Shown here: positions 45,787 through 54,602 of the stretch, piece after piece
Layout: each line of letters opens with the position of its first letter
How positions within the stretch are numbered: the stretch's first letter is position 1
Assembly (NCBI GenBank): GCA_017560255.1
Contig: JAFYOI010000056.1
Span: forward strand, 46,639 to 110,638
Origin: Clostridia bacterium
GTDB lineage: Bacteria; Bacillota; Clostridia; Oscillospirales; Acutalibacteraceae
Reading direction: 5' to 3'
Length of the DNA: 64,000 nt
Made by a program: the position numbers and the translations under genes
Notes under the pieces: model-generated
What the model was told of the DNA's origin: nothing
Seen by the model: only the letters and a program-made list of their open reading frames with translations
The model's database searches: none

Positions 45787-47936
45787 TCTCTCCTCCCGCA
45801 ACTTATTTGTCCGTCCTTGAAAAATTCTACGATTATATTTCCGCCGTCCTCATAGCATACCGTCGCATTGGGATAATTCCCATTCTCCGACGTGCACAGA
45901 ACGTTAATTTTTGCATTACCATTCGGATAAACCGTACCCACCGACACGATTACGTCGACATTCAGCCATTCACTTTTAAATTGTGTGTCGTCAGAAAACT
46001 TCGACACAATGAGCACCGATTTTCCTGCCACTTTAACAAAGGTTGCCCTTTGCTCATCGTCGTATAAACAGTCAATCTCAAAGTTATCCGCAATAACTTT
46101 GCCGCTCTTTACCACCTTATAATTTTCAAACCCGAGGGAATCTATAAGCCCGTATTCCTCACCGAGCATAATCTCACTTATATCAATCTTTTCAAGCAGA
46201 CCGCTGATGTTCTGCGCTTCGGAATTTTGCCTTGACGGTAGTACAAGCAACCTCAATTCATCAATACCGCTCTGCCGTAATACACTGTCAATTTCAGTTG
46301 CGGTGTAATCAGAACCGCCGCAACCGACAACTATTGCACTGAGCCCATACGTAACAATAACGCTTGTAGCCGCACCCGAATCAACGGCTATTACTCTTAC
46401 AATCGGCTTCAAGAATATATTATAACATAAAATGCTGCCCGCAACAATAACCGCACAGATTATAAATGCACCTTTTATTGCCCGATTTCCCAAATTCAGA
46501 TAAGCGACTATCAGGAACACCGCTATCACGATAAAAACAAGAATTTTTACAAAATCCCTGTCTGCATCCACCGTCGCATAAGGTATTGATGCAAGCAAAT
46601 CCGAAATCCATATAAGATATTTTGCGATCAGCGTACATATCACAAAGAACAATCCGCTCAGGATTCCCGTAAACAACGACAAAACAACTGCGATTATGGT
46701 GCACCACATCAGCGGAGCAATCACTATGAACGTCAGCACGTTTGCAAGCGGTGAAATAACCGTTGCCGCATTGAAAAATACAATCTGCACGGGCAAAGTG
46801 AAAAGCACTGACCCAACCGACAACAAGAGTGTTTCAAGTATCATTTTTACAGGTTTGCTTTTCCCGTCGAGCAATCTCTTTGCAAACTTACTGCGCGACA
46901 CAATCAATATACCGAGAGTGGCGAAAAACGAGTACAGTACGGAAACGTTTGTAGCACTGTATGGATTGAGTATACATATTACTGTGATAGCAACACCAAG
47001 AGAGTTGATAGAATCACTTTTGCGGTACATCATCTGCCCTACGTAATAAACAGTCAGCATAACTCCCGCTCTGATGGCAGAATATGAAAATCCCGTAATC
47101 GCAACGAAAAACCACATCGCAATAAGCGTAAGCGAATATAAAACAGGTTTGCGTTCAATCAGTAAAGACAGAAAAGCCACTATTGCCGCCGAAATCAGCG
47201 TTACGTGCAATCCCGAAACACTGAAAATATGAGAAATACCGATATTGCGGAATTCCATATTTGATTTGTAATCAAGTTCACTCGTCTCACCAAGGAAAAT
47301 ACTGTTTACAACCGCTGCGCTCTCCTTATCAAGATTGGCGCAGATAATCCGAGTAACGCCCTCTTTGAACTCATTGAAATAATAACGCAAGGACTTCTCG
47401 GGATTTTGCTCAACATCGTAATTGCCAAGCGTGTGTGCGCTTAAAAATATTCCGTCGGATTTAAAATATCTATGCATTGATTCGCTGTGCGAACCGGAGA
47501 TTTTCGGAACAACGTTTGTTGAAACATAATCGCAGACTTCAACGTCGAGCGGTGCGCTTGATGAAAAGCGTACTTTTGCGCCGACAAGAGCCTTATGCGG
47601 CGCTTCCACAACTTCCGTCACGTAGTAATAAACGTCGTTGTTCTCTCCTTCAATTTCCTTGATTTCAAGTTTAAGCGTGACTTCCCTGTCAGCAAAATCT
47701 GTCACACGGTTGTAAATAATGCTTGTGTAACTGCAGAATATCATACAACCCAACATCGCCGACAAAAGAATTGCAATAATATTTCTCGGCGCATTCTTTC
47801 TTCGCAGTATCAGTATCAGCGCAACAAGCGCCGCAAGCACAAAGAAAATATAAAAAGCAAAATAATAACCTAAAAGACCGACGGCAATCAAGGTAAAGAA
47901 AAGTGAAAATCCTATCGTTGCCATCGGTCTGTTCAA
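45783..47936 (-). CDS. comEC: DNA internalisation-related competence protein ComEC/Rec2
   Basis: 717 aa polytopic membrane protein with a competence domain (ISHIFSVSGLHV) and a C-terminal MBL-like domain. Confidence 0.88.
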   Translation of the reverse strand: MNRPMATIGFSLFFTLIAVGLLGYYFAFYIFFVLAALVALILILRRKNAPRNIIAILLSAMLGCMIFCSYTSIIYNRVTDFADREVTLKLEIKEIEGENNDVYYYVTEVVEAPHKALVGAKVRFSSSAPLDVEVCDYVSTNVVPKISGSHSESMHRYFKSDGIFLSAHTLGNYDVEQNPEKSLRYYFNEFKEGVTRIICANLDKESAAVVNSIFLGETSELDYKSNMEFRNIGISHIFSVSGLHVTLISAAIVAFLSLLIERKPVLYSLTLIAMWFFVAITGFSYSAIRAGVMLTVYYVGQMMYRKSDSINSLGVAITVICILNPYSATNVSVLYSFFATLGILIVSRSKFAKRLLDGKSKPVKMILETLLLSVGSVLFTLPVQIVFFNAATVISPLANVLTFIVIAPLMWCTIIAVVLSLFTGILSGLFFVICTLIAKYLIWISDLLASIPYATVDADRDFVKILVFIVIAVFLIVAYLNLGNRAIKGAFIICAVIVAGSILCYNIFLKPIVRVIAVDSGAATSVIVTYGLSAIVVGCGGSDYTATEIDSVLRQSGIDELRLLVLPSRQNSEAQNISGLLEKIDISEIMLGEEYGLIDSLGFENYKVVKSGKVIADNFEIDCLYDDEQRATFVKVAGKSVLIVSKFSDDTQFKSEWLNVDVIVSVGTVYPNGNAKINVLCTSENGNYPNATVCYEDGGNIIVEFFKDGQISCGRRE

Positions 47937-47967
47937 TTTAAATCCCTCTATTCGCTAACTATTCGCA

Positions 47968-48300
47968 TCAACCCGGAGGCCATGCAAAGTCACGTCCGGA
48001 AAGCATATGAAAATGCAGGTGCATTACTGACTGGCCCGCCTTTTCGCCGCAATTGTTCACAAGACGAAAACTGTCGATTGACAATTTCTTTGCAATCTCG
48101 CTTGCCGCCTCAAAAATATCCGCCATTACAGCGCTGTTTGAGCGGTCAATATCAGCCGCGCAAGCAATATGCTGTTTCGGAATAATAAGAATATGCGACG
48201 GTGCCTGCGGCTCAAGGTCATAAAAAGCAAGCACTTTGTCAGTTTCATAAACTTTATTTGACGGAATTTCTCCGTTTGCTATCTTGCAAAAAATACACAT
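47968..48300 (-). CDS. HIT family (histidine triad) protein
   Basis: CIFCKI N-terminus and the HLHFHML triad. Confidence 0.92.
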   Translation of the reverse strand: MCIFCKIANGEIPSNKVYETDKVLAFYDLEPQAPSHILIIPKQHIACAADIDRSNSAVMADIFEAASEIAKKLSIDSFRLVNNCGEKAGQSVMHLHFHMLSGRDFAWPPG

Positions 48301-48330
48301 TTGTAAGTCCTCCTTTTTTAAATAGGGGTC

Positions 48331-50967
48331 TTATTTAAGCATTGAGGAAACGATTTCCGCAGCCGCATCAATTGCCTGCTGAGCCTTGGAAACGTCCTTA
48401 CCGCCCGCCATAGCGCTATCGGGACGTCCGCCACCGTTACCGCCCGCAATCTTTGCAACCTCTCTTACAATGTTACCCGCATGCGCGCCTGCCGCAACGG
48501 CATCCTTACCGCAAGCAACCGCAAAACTTACGCTCGTCTTGTCAGCATTTACACCCGCAATAACAGTAACAAGTGCGGAATCCTTCGCTTTAAGTACGTC
48601 ACAGATTGTACGAACTGCGCCGCCGTCAGTGTTTGCAAGCACTGCACAAGCAACTTTAACTGCGCCAACCTGCTTTGCATTATTGTATATTGCATCAGTC
48701 TGACCCTGCGCAAGTTTTGTGCGCATTGAGTCAATTTCCTTGTCCTTATCACGAAGTTCGGCAACAACCGCAGCCGCTCTGCGCTCAAGGTCGTCAACAC
48801 TGCCGCATTTGAGTGCTTTTGCAGCGGAAACCAAAGTTTCTTTCTGTGCATTCATAAGATTGAGAACGTTTGTGCCTGTAACCGCCTCAATTCTACGCAC
48901 ACCTGCCGCAACGGAAGCCTCGGATACGATCTTGAAAAGACCGATTTTTCCTGTATTTTCAACGTGAGTACCGCCGCAAAGTTCGGTTGAGAAATCGCCG
49001 ACTTTTACAACACGTACAATATCGCCATACTTCTCGCCAAAGAGTGCCATAGCGCCCATTTTCTTTGCTTCTTCAATGGACATTTCGGCAATCTCAACAT
49101 TCTTTGCCTCAAGAATTTCTGCATTTACGAGAGCCTCAACCGCACTGATTTCTTCGGGAGTGAGAGCCGCAAAGTGGCTGAAGTCGAAACGGCAAGCATC
49201 AGCATTTACAAGTTGACCTGCCTGCTCAACGTGCTCACCGAGAACTTTTCTCAAAGCCGCCTGCAAAAGATGCGCACTTGTATGATTTCTCTTTGTGCTG
49301 TCTCTGTTTACTTTGTCAACCTTCACGCAAACTGCGTTGCCGGAAGCGAAACTGCCTTTTACAACAACGCCATGATGCATAAATACGCCGTCAGCATTCT
49401 TGGTTGTGTTTGTTACTTTAAATTCGCTGTCACCGCAGATAATCACACCGATATCGCCTGCCTGACCGCCGCCCTCGCCGTACATTGTTGTGCGGTCAAG
49501 GATAATTATGCCTTCGTCACCCTCGTTGAACTGTTCTGCAAGCAATGAACCGTCAACCATAGCAACAATCTTTGCCTCGTCCTCGAGTTTCTCGTAGCCG
49601 GTAAATACGGTTGCATCAATGAAGTCAATAACGCTCTTCTCGCCTTCCCAAGCCTCTGCACCCGCATTTTTACGTGCGCTTCTTGCTCTGTTGCGCTGTT
49701 CAAGCATAAGTTCGTTGAATCTTTCTTCATCAACACTGAGCCCCTTTTCGTCAAGGATCTCCTTGGTCAAATCAATCGGGAAGCCAAAAGTATCGTAAAG
49801 TTTGAACGCATCGTCGCCGCTGATAACTTCGCCCTTATTGTCAGCAATTACCTGATTAAGAAGTTGCAGACCCGTGTCAATTGTACGGTTGAAACTTTCT
49901 TCCTCAACACTGATAATCTTCTTGATAAACTCCTGCTTTTCAACAAGATTGGGGTAAGCCTCTCCGTTATCTCTGATAACAGTTGCGCAAAGTTCCGTGA
50001 GGAACATACGGTCAATGCCGAGGATTTTACCGTGTCTTGCAGCACGGCGGAGAAGTCGTCTGAGAACGTAGCCCCTGCCCTCGTTGGACGGCATTACACC
50101 GTCGCTTATCATAAAGGTTGTACTTCTGATGTGGTCTGCGATAACGCGGATTGAAACGTCAGCCTTTTCGTCCTTCTTATATTCAACGCCTGCGATTTCG
50201 CAAACGTGCTTGATAACCGCCTGAACTGTATCAACCTCAAAGAGATTGTCAACTCCCTGCATGATGCAAGCGAGTCTTTCAAGGCCCATACCCGTATCAA
50301 TATTCGGGTGCTCAAGGTTGCTGTAATTGCCCTTGCCGTCGGAGTCAAACTGAGTGAAAACAAGGTTCCAGAACTCTGTATAACGGTCACAGTCACAACC
50401 AACTTTACAGTCGGGCTTGCCACAACCGTGCTTTTCACCACGGTCAAAGTAAATCTCTGAACACGGGCCGCAAGGACCTGTACCGTGCTCCCAGAAATTA
50501 TCCTCTTTGCCAAGTCTTACGATTCTGTCGGGTGCAACACCCACCTGCTTTGTCCAGATGTCAAAAGCCTCGTCGTCGTCAAGATAAATCGTTACCCAGA
50601 GTTTATCAACGGGAAGTTCAAGCACCTTTGTGCAGAATTCCCATGCCCAAGCGGTTGCCTCGCTCTTGAAGTAATCGCCAAAAGAGAAGTTACCGAGCAT
50701 TTCAAAGTACGTACCGTGTCTTGCAGTCTTACCAACACGCTCGATATCGGGAGTACGGATGCACTTCTGGCAAGTTGTAACTCTCTTGCGCGGCGGCTCA
50801 ACCTCACCCGTAAAATATTTCTTCATCGGCGCCATGCCGGAGTTGATAAGAAGCAAACTCTTATCTCCCTGCGGTACGAGGGAAAAACTCGGCAAACGCA
50901 GATGACCTTTGCTTTCAAAGAAACTGAGATATTTTTCTCTGAGTTCATTAAGTCCTGTCCATTTCAT
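48331..50967 (-). CDS. alaS: alanine--tRNA ligase
   Basis: MKWTGLNELREKYLSFFESKGH..., plus editing-domain HTSAHLL and CGGTHV motifs. Start is at ATG 50967. Confidence 0.97.
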   Translation of the reverse strand: MKWTGLNELREKYLSFFESKGHLRLPSFSLVPQGDKSLLLINSGMAPMKKYFTGEVEPPRKRVTTCQKCIRTPDIERVGKTARHGTYFEMLGNFSFGDYFKSEATAWAWEFCTKVLELPVDKLWVTIYLDDDEAFDIWTKQVGVAPDRIVRLGKEDNFWEHGTGPCGPCSEIYFDRGEKHGCGKPDCKVGCDCDRYTEFWNLVFTQFDSDGKGNYSNLEHPNIDTGMGLERLACIMQGVDNLFEVDTVQAVIKHVCEIAGVEYKKDEKADVSIRVIADHIRSTTFMISDGVMPSNEGRGYVLRRLLRRAARHGKILGIDRMFLTELCATVIRDNGEAYPNLVEKQEFIKKIISVEEESFNRTIDTGLQLLNQVIADNKGEVISGDDAFKLYDTFGFPIDLTKEILDEKGLSVDEERFNELMLEQRNRARSARKNAGAEAWEGEKSVIDFIDATVFTGYEKLEDEAKIVAMVDGSLLAEQFNEGDEGIIILDRTTMYGEGGGQAGDIGVIICGDSEFKVTNTTKNADGVFMHHGVVVKGSFASGNAVCVKVDKVNRDSTKRNHTSAHLLQAALRKVLGEHVEQAGQLVNADACRFDFSHFAALTPEEISAVEALVNAEILEAKNVEIAEMSIEEAKKMGAMALFGEKYGDIVRVVKVGDFSTELCGGTHVENTGKIGLFKIVSEASVAAGVRRIEAVTGTNVLNLMNAQKETLVSAAKALKCGSVDDLERRAAAVVAELRDKDKEIDSMRTKLAQGQTDAIYNNAKQVGAVKVACAVLANTDGGAVRTICDVLKAKDSALVTVIAGVNADKTSVSFAVACGKDAVAAGAHAGNIVREVAKIAGGNGGGRPDSAMAGGKDVSKAQQAIDAAAEIVSSMLK

Positions 50968-51063
50968 AAAAAACACTTCCTTGTTAAGATGAAACACCCT
51001 ATATTAACGTGGGGTGAAACGCTTGTAATATAGCATTTTTGCTTATACAATAATATCTAAACA

Positions 51064-51092
51064 ATTATATTATTTTATATGGTCATTGTCAA
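51064..51092 (-). promoter_or_regulatory. alaS promoter (TTGACA-17-TATAAT)
   Basis: The reverse complement reads TTGACAATGACCATATAAAATAATATAAT. Confidence 0.55.
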
Positions 51093-51177
51093 TACAAAAA
51101 AATTATTAAAAACAGTTGCAACTTACCATATAGTTTGTGTTATAATACACCCACAACGATTTTTACGGAGAACACTT

Positions 51178-52188
51178 ATGAGTTACATAATCAATCCAAA
51201 AAAATGGAATAAAATATTTGCCGTGCCCGCCGAGGTGGTGGACAGGCATATTAAACTTGCCGGTTCAGCACAACTGAAAGTTCTGCTCTGGATGCTTCGC
51301 AACAGTGAAAGCGAATTTGACCTTGATGCTTTATCAAAGGGTACGGGAATTGCCCGCGCAGATGCGCTTGACGCTATGCAGTTCTGGGTTGAAACAGGCA
51401 TAATGCTTAAAAGCGGCGAAATCGCGCCCGCACAGAAAGCAGAAAAAATTAAGTGCGAAACTCTGACACCACCGACGCCGGAACCCGACCCGATTCGTCC
51501 CTCCGTTGTTGAACTTGATAAGTCTTCACTTTGCAACAAACCGACAACCGTTGACGTAGCAAGGCGCGGTCAGGAATCACCCGAACTGCGTTTTCTCTGG
51601 AATCAGGCTCAGGAAAAACTCGGCAAAACGCTCAGTTTCAACGACCAGCGCACTTTGCTTTGGATGCACGACTATCTCGGCCTGCCGATTGAGGTTATTT
51701 TAATGATAATCGAATACAGTGTGTCGCAGGAAAAACGTGGCATTTCATACATTGAAAAAATCGGCGTAAATTGGGCGCAGGACGAAATTTTCTCCGTTGA
51801 ACTTGCCGAAATCAAACTCTCACAAATCAAAAACAGAAATACTGTTTGGAAAAAATTGTGTGAAGAGTTCAGTCTGCCGAATGCCACCCCCACCCCCAAA
51901 CAAGCGGAATGGGTTGAAATCTGGACGAATAAATTCGGCTTTACCATTGATATAATCCGCCTTGCATTTGAGGAATGCCTCAACAGAACGGCAAAAATCA
52001 ATTTTAATTACATACACAAAGTGCTTGAAAATTGGAGCACAAACGGCTTTAAATCGCCCGAAGATATAAAGGCATCAACGAACAAACCGACTCAGAGCGC
52101 AAAGAGCGGTACTTCCTACAACCTGACGGAGTTTGAAAAATCATCGCTCAAAAAATCAATTGTCTATAAAAAGAAGAAAGAGGATTAA
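51178..52188 (+). CDS. DnaD domain-containing replication protein (DnaB/DnaD-type helicase-loading partner)
   Basis: N-terminal winged-helix region (LKVLLWMLRN) and C-terminal DnaD-like repeats (YIEKIGVNW, YIHKVLENW). Start is at ATG 51178. Paired with a DnaI-like ATPase. Confidence 0.75.
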   Translation: MSYIINPKKWNKIFAVPAEVVDRHIKLAGSAQLKVLLWMLRNSESEFDLDALSKGTGIARADALDAMQFWVETGIMLKSGEIAPAQKAEKIKCETLTPPTPEPDPIRPSVVELDKSSLCNKPTTVDVARRGQESPELRFLWNQAQEKLGKTLSFNDQRTLLWMHDYLGLPIEVILMIIEYSVSQEKRGISYIEKIGVNWAQDEIFSVELAEIKLSQIKNRNTVWKKLCEEFSLPNATPTPKQAEWVEIWTNKFGFTIDIIRLAFEECLNRTAKINFNYIHKVLENWSTNGFKSPEDIKASTNKPTQSAKSGTSYNLTEFEKSSLKKSIVYKKKKED

Positions 52189-52190
52189 GT

Positions 52191-53174
52191 ATGGCTTACA
52201 AAAGCGACGTAATCGAACAGGCAAAAAACATACTCAAAAAACGCGCACAAAAGGCGCAGTACGACCTTGAGGACAGGCAGGAACTTGCATACGAAAAATG
52301 CCCCGAACTGCTTGAAATAAAGAAAAAACTTGCCCTTTCGGGAATCGCCGTTGCAAGAATTATGCTCGAGGGCGGCGACCCGCAGGACAGAGTTGAAAAA
52401 ATCGCAAAGGAAAACCTTGCTTTACAGGCAAGGCGCAAGGAATTGCTCGCTCAGAACGGCTTTCCCGAGGACTACCTAAAACCCAAATTCTTCTGCGACA
52501 AATGCGAAGACACGGGCTTTGTTGACGGCAAAATCTGCGAATGTCACAGAAAACTTCTCCGCCAGATCTCTTTTGAGAAAATAAGTGAAATTTCCGCAAT
52601 CAAAACAAGCCGATTCGATAATTTTGATTTAAGTTACTATCCCGACGAACCCGACGCCAAAACGGGCGTTTCTCCGCGCCGACGCATGAGGGAAATTCTC
52701 AACTACTGCAAATGTTACGCCGATGATTTCAGCGCAAAATCGGACAGTATCTTTATGTATGGCGCAACGGGACTCGGAAAAACTCACCTCTCCCTCGCAA
52801 TCGCCGCAAAAGCAATCGAAAAGGGTTACGACGTAATTTATTCCTCCGCCCCGAATCTGCTTTCAAAACTTGAAAACGAAAAATTCGGCAGAAATCCCGA
52901 CAGTGTCGGCACGGAGGAGGCAATCCTCGACTGTGACCTGCTCATAATTGATGACCTTGGCGCAGAGTTTTCAACCCAGTTCACCGTTTCTGCGATTTAC
53001 AATATCATAAACACAAGGATAACTTACCACAAACCCGTTATCATCAGCACAAACCTCACCTCGCAGGAGTTGGAGGCGAAATATTCGGAGAGAATCACGT
53101 CCAGAATCATCGGTTGTTACACAGATTTGCTCTTTTTGGGAAAAGACGTGCGACAGATAATGAATTTGGAATAA
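52191..53174 (+). CDS. dnaI: DnaI/DnaC-type helicase loader AAA+ ATPase
   Basis: N-terminal zinc module CDKCEDTGF..CECH, Walker A GATGLGKTHL, and Walker B LLIIDDLG. Confidence 0.8.
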   Translation: MAYKSDVIEQAKNILKKRAQKAQYDLEDRQELAYEKCPELLEIKKKLALSGIAVARIMLEGGDPQDRVEKIAKENLALQARRKELLAQNGFPEDYLKPKFFCDKCEDTGFVDGKICECHRKLLRQISFEKISEISAIKTSRFDNFDLSYYPDEPDAKTGVSPRRRMREILNYCKCYADDFSAKSDSIFMYGATGLGKTHLSLAIAAKAIEKGYDVIYSSAPNLLSKLENEKFGRNPDSVGTEEAILDCDLLIIDDLGAEFSTQFTVSAIYNIINTRITYHKPVIISTNLTSQELEAKYSERITSRIIGCYTDLLFLGKDVRQIMNLE

Positions 53175-53193
53175 AAAAATTAAATTTATGTAT

Positions 53194-53222
53194 TGATTTT
53201 TGATTTTGACTATGCTATAATG
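53194..53222 (+). promoter_or_regulatory. tRNA-Arg promoter (TTGATT-17-TATAAT)
   Basis: TTGATTTTTGATTTTGACTATGCTATAAT, about 28 nt upstream of the mature 5' end. Confidence 0.5.
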
Positions 53223-53250
53223 CCTTGGTGTCAATCAAATATTGATATAC

Positions 53251-53327
53251 GCGGCGTTAGCTCAGCTGGATAGAGTGTTTGGCTACGAACCAAAAGGTCG
53301 GGGGTTCGAATCCCTTACGCCGTGCCA
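53251..53327 (+). tRNA. tRNA-Arg (anticodon ACG), CCA encoded
   Basis: Manual cloverleaf: acceptor GCGGCGT/ACGCCGT (G1-U72), D arm GCTC..GAGT, anticodon arm TTTGG-CTACGAA-CCAAA, T arm GGGGG-TTCGAAT-CCCTT, then G-CCA. Confidence 0.85.
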
Positions 53328-53330
53328 AAA

Positions 53331-53366
53331 ATAAGCATCACACTTTTGTGTGGTGCTTATTTTTTT
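53331..53366 (+). terminator. intrinsic terminator after tRNA-Arg
   Basis: ATAAGCATCACAC / GTGTGGTGCTTAT stem followed by T6. Confidence 0.8.
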
Positions 53367-53510
53367 GTTTATGGTTCAAATGGGATTCGAACCCGAGAGG
53401 GCGCGGAGCGTTAAGAAAAACAGTTCGGTGAACTGTTTTGTAGCGAAGCGGGGCGAGACGGGTACTGTTGCAACGCAACGGTCGGCAAGCCGTCAGTCTG
53501 CATCGCAGAC

Positions 53511-53534
53511 GGTCGAATCCCTTACGCCGTGCCA
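53511..53534 (+). repeat. direct duplication of the tRNA-Arg 3' end (att-like)
   Basis: GGTCGAATCCCTTACGCCGTGCCA compared with GGTTCGAATCCCTTACGCCGTGCCA at 53303-53327. The only difference is one missing T. Confidence 0.8.
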
Positions 53535-53536
53535 AC

Positions 53537-53573
53537 AAAAAAGGAACTTTTGTCTACCAAAAGTTCCTTTTTT
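53537..53573. terminator. bidirectional intrinsic terminator hairpin
   Basis: AAAAAAGGAACTTTTG / CAAAAGTTCCTTTTTT, a 16-bp stem with loop TCTAC. Confidence 0.8.
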
Positions 53574-53579
53574 GTTTAT

Positions 53580-53755
53580 CCAAGCCGCAGGCTTGGTATA
53601 TCATCGCCGCGCGAAGTGCGGTGCATATCATCAGCCCTACGGGCTGTATCTCATCACGCTTTAGCGTGCATCTCCCTGCGGCTTGATGATATACAACACT
53701 TCGTATTGATGGTATACCGCAACAAGTTGCGGATGATATACAAGGCTTCGCCTTG
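53580..53755. repeat. dyad-symmetric array: three copies of TATATCATC-type motif, then three copies of the inverse GATGATATAC-type motif, each flanked by a distinct short hairpin
   Basis: The six motif and seven hairpin coordinates are given in the finding for 53580-53755. Confidence 0.75.
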
Positions 53756-53884
53756 ATTTTTGACCGTCTGTTTGTTATACCTCAATAAATAGCCAATAAA
53801 TAATTAAAAGTTCAGGCTAAAAAGAAGTGTCATACACAACGTATGGCACTTCTTTTTGTTCACCTTTGCGGGAAAAGGTTTTTA

Positions 53885-54556
53885 TTATTCTTCAAACATA
53901 TTCCACGGATATTTATTGTCGGGAACACTTGACACGTCAATAGTTTCATTCGTAAACGGATGACGGAAGGAAAGTCGGTGCGACCAGAGAGAAACGTCAC
54001 AGTGATTGTCACGGCTGCCATATTTTCCGTCGCCAAACAGTGGCATTTTACGCGATGAAAACTGCACCCTTATCTGATGCGTCCTGCCCGTATGCAGACG
54101 GATTCTGACAAGTGACAATGTGTTGCCATCATTCACCGCACTGCCCACAACGGAATACTCAAGGCTCGCTTCCTTGACACCCTTTCTCATACGTTTTACA
54201 ACAAAGGACTTGTTTTTCGTCGAATCCTTGAAAAGCAAATCCTTATAAACTCCGCTCTCCTCCCCGGGCACACCGCACACAATGGCAAGATACTCTTTGG
54301 TAATGCCGTTTGACGAAACAAGTGCGGAAAGTTTCGCCGCCGCACGCTGAGTCTTTGCATAGACCATCGTGCCACCCACACTTCGGTCAAGGCGATGCAC
54401 ACAGTACGCCTGCGCGTTCTCATCTTTCTGTGCGAAATACTGCCCAAGCAGATAAATCATATTATCATCCTTGTCCGCCTGCCCTTGCGACAACACGCCA
54501 ACAGGTTTGACGCAGACAATGATATCCCTATCCTCATAGAGTACGTGCATTTTCAA
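53885..54556 (-). CDS. RluA family pseudouridine synthase
   Basis: HRLDRSVGG catalytic motif, 223 aa, no S4 domain. Confidence 0.88.
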   Translation of the reverse strand: MKMHVLYEDRDIIVCVKPVGVLSQGQADKDDNMIYLLGQYFAQKDENAQAYCVHRLDRSVGGTMVYAKTQRAAAKLSALVSSNGITKEYLAIVCGVPGEESGVYKDLLFKDSTKNKSFVVKRMRKGVKEASLEYSVVGSAVNDGNTLSLVRIRLHTGRTHQIRVQFSSRKMPLFGDGKYGSRDNHCDVSLWSHRLSFRHPFTNETIDVSSVPDNKYPWNMFEE

Positions 54557-54602
54557 TCACTCCAAGAAAAAACGGAGAGAGTTGCCCCTCTCCGTATAGA
54601 TT

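Noticed and set aside
50968-51177. T-box or other leader riboswitches upstream of alaS, argS and ilvB.
   Set aside because: The predicted leaders are too short: about 95 nt for alaS and about 45 nt for ilvB, and argS is directly coupled to the DUF1934 gene. No specifier-loop or T-box (AANNNGGGTGGTACCGCG-like) sequence was seen.
51178-53174. DnaD-domain + DnaC/IstB-like ATPase pair next to a tRNA/att-like site as a prophage replication module or IS21-type element.
   Set aside because: There is no transposase (IstA), integrase, or other phage gene nearby. The ATPase has the DnaI-type N-terminal zinc module. The pair sits in housekeeping context between alaS and tRNA-Arg, consistent with the chromosomal DnaB/DnaD-DnaI helicase-loading genes of Firmicutes.
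53372-53470. Possible second tRNA (Leu/Ser-like) on the minus strand, suggested by GGGTTCGAATCCC...ATTTGAACCA.
   Set aside because: Only a T-loop/acceptor-like 3' fragment is present. The T-stem pairs only 3 bp, no matching 5' acceptor strand (TTCAAAT) exists, and no D arm or anticodon arm can be drawn. I treat it as a fragment or att remnant.
53580-53755. Whether the motif/hairpin array is a CRISPR array.
   Set aside because: The repeats are only 9-12 nt and occur in both orientations. The 'spacers' are 13-19 nt self-complementary hairpins, and no cas genes are in the window. It is incompatible with CRISPR architecture.
53338-53756. Track ORFs 53338-53538(-), 53350-53664(+), 53468-53686(+) and 53529-53756(+) in the tRNA-Arg/rluA gap.
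   Set aside because: They run through terminator hairpins, the tRNA-end duplicate and the hairpin array. They are Arg/Ser/Cys-rich with no RBS, and are artefacts of GC-rich palindromic DNA.
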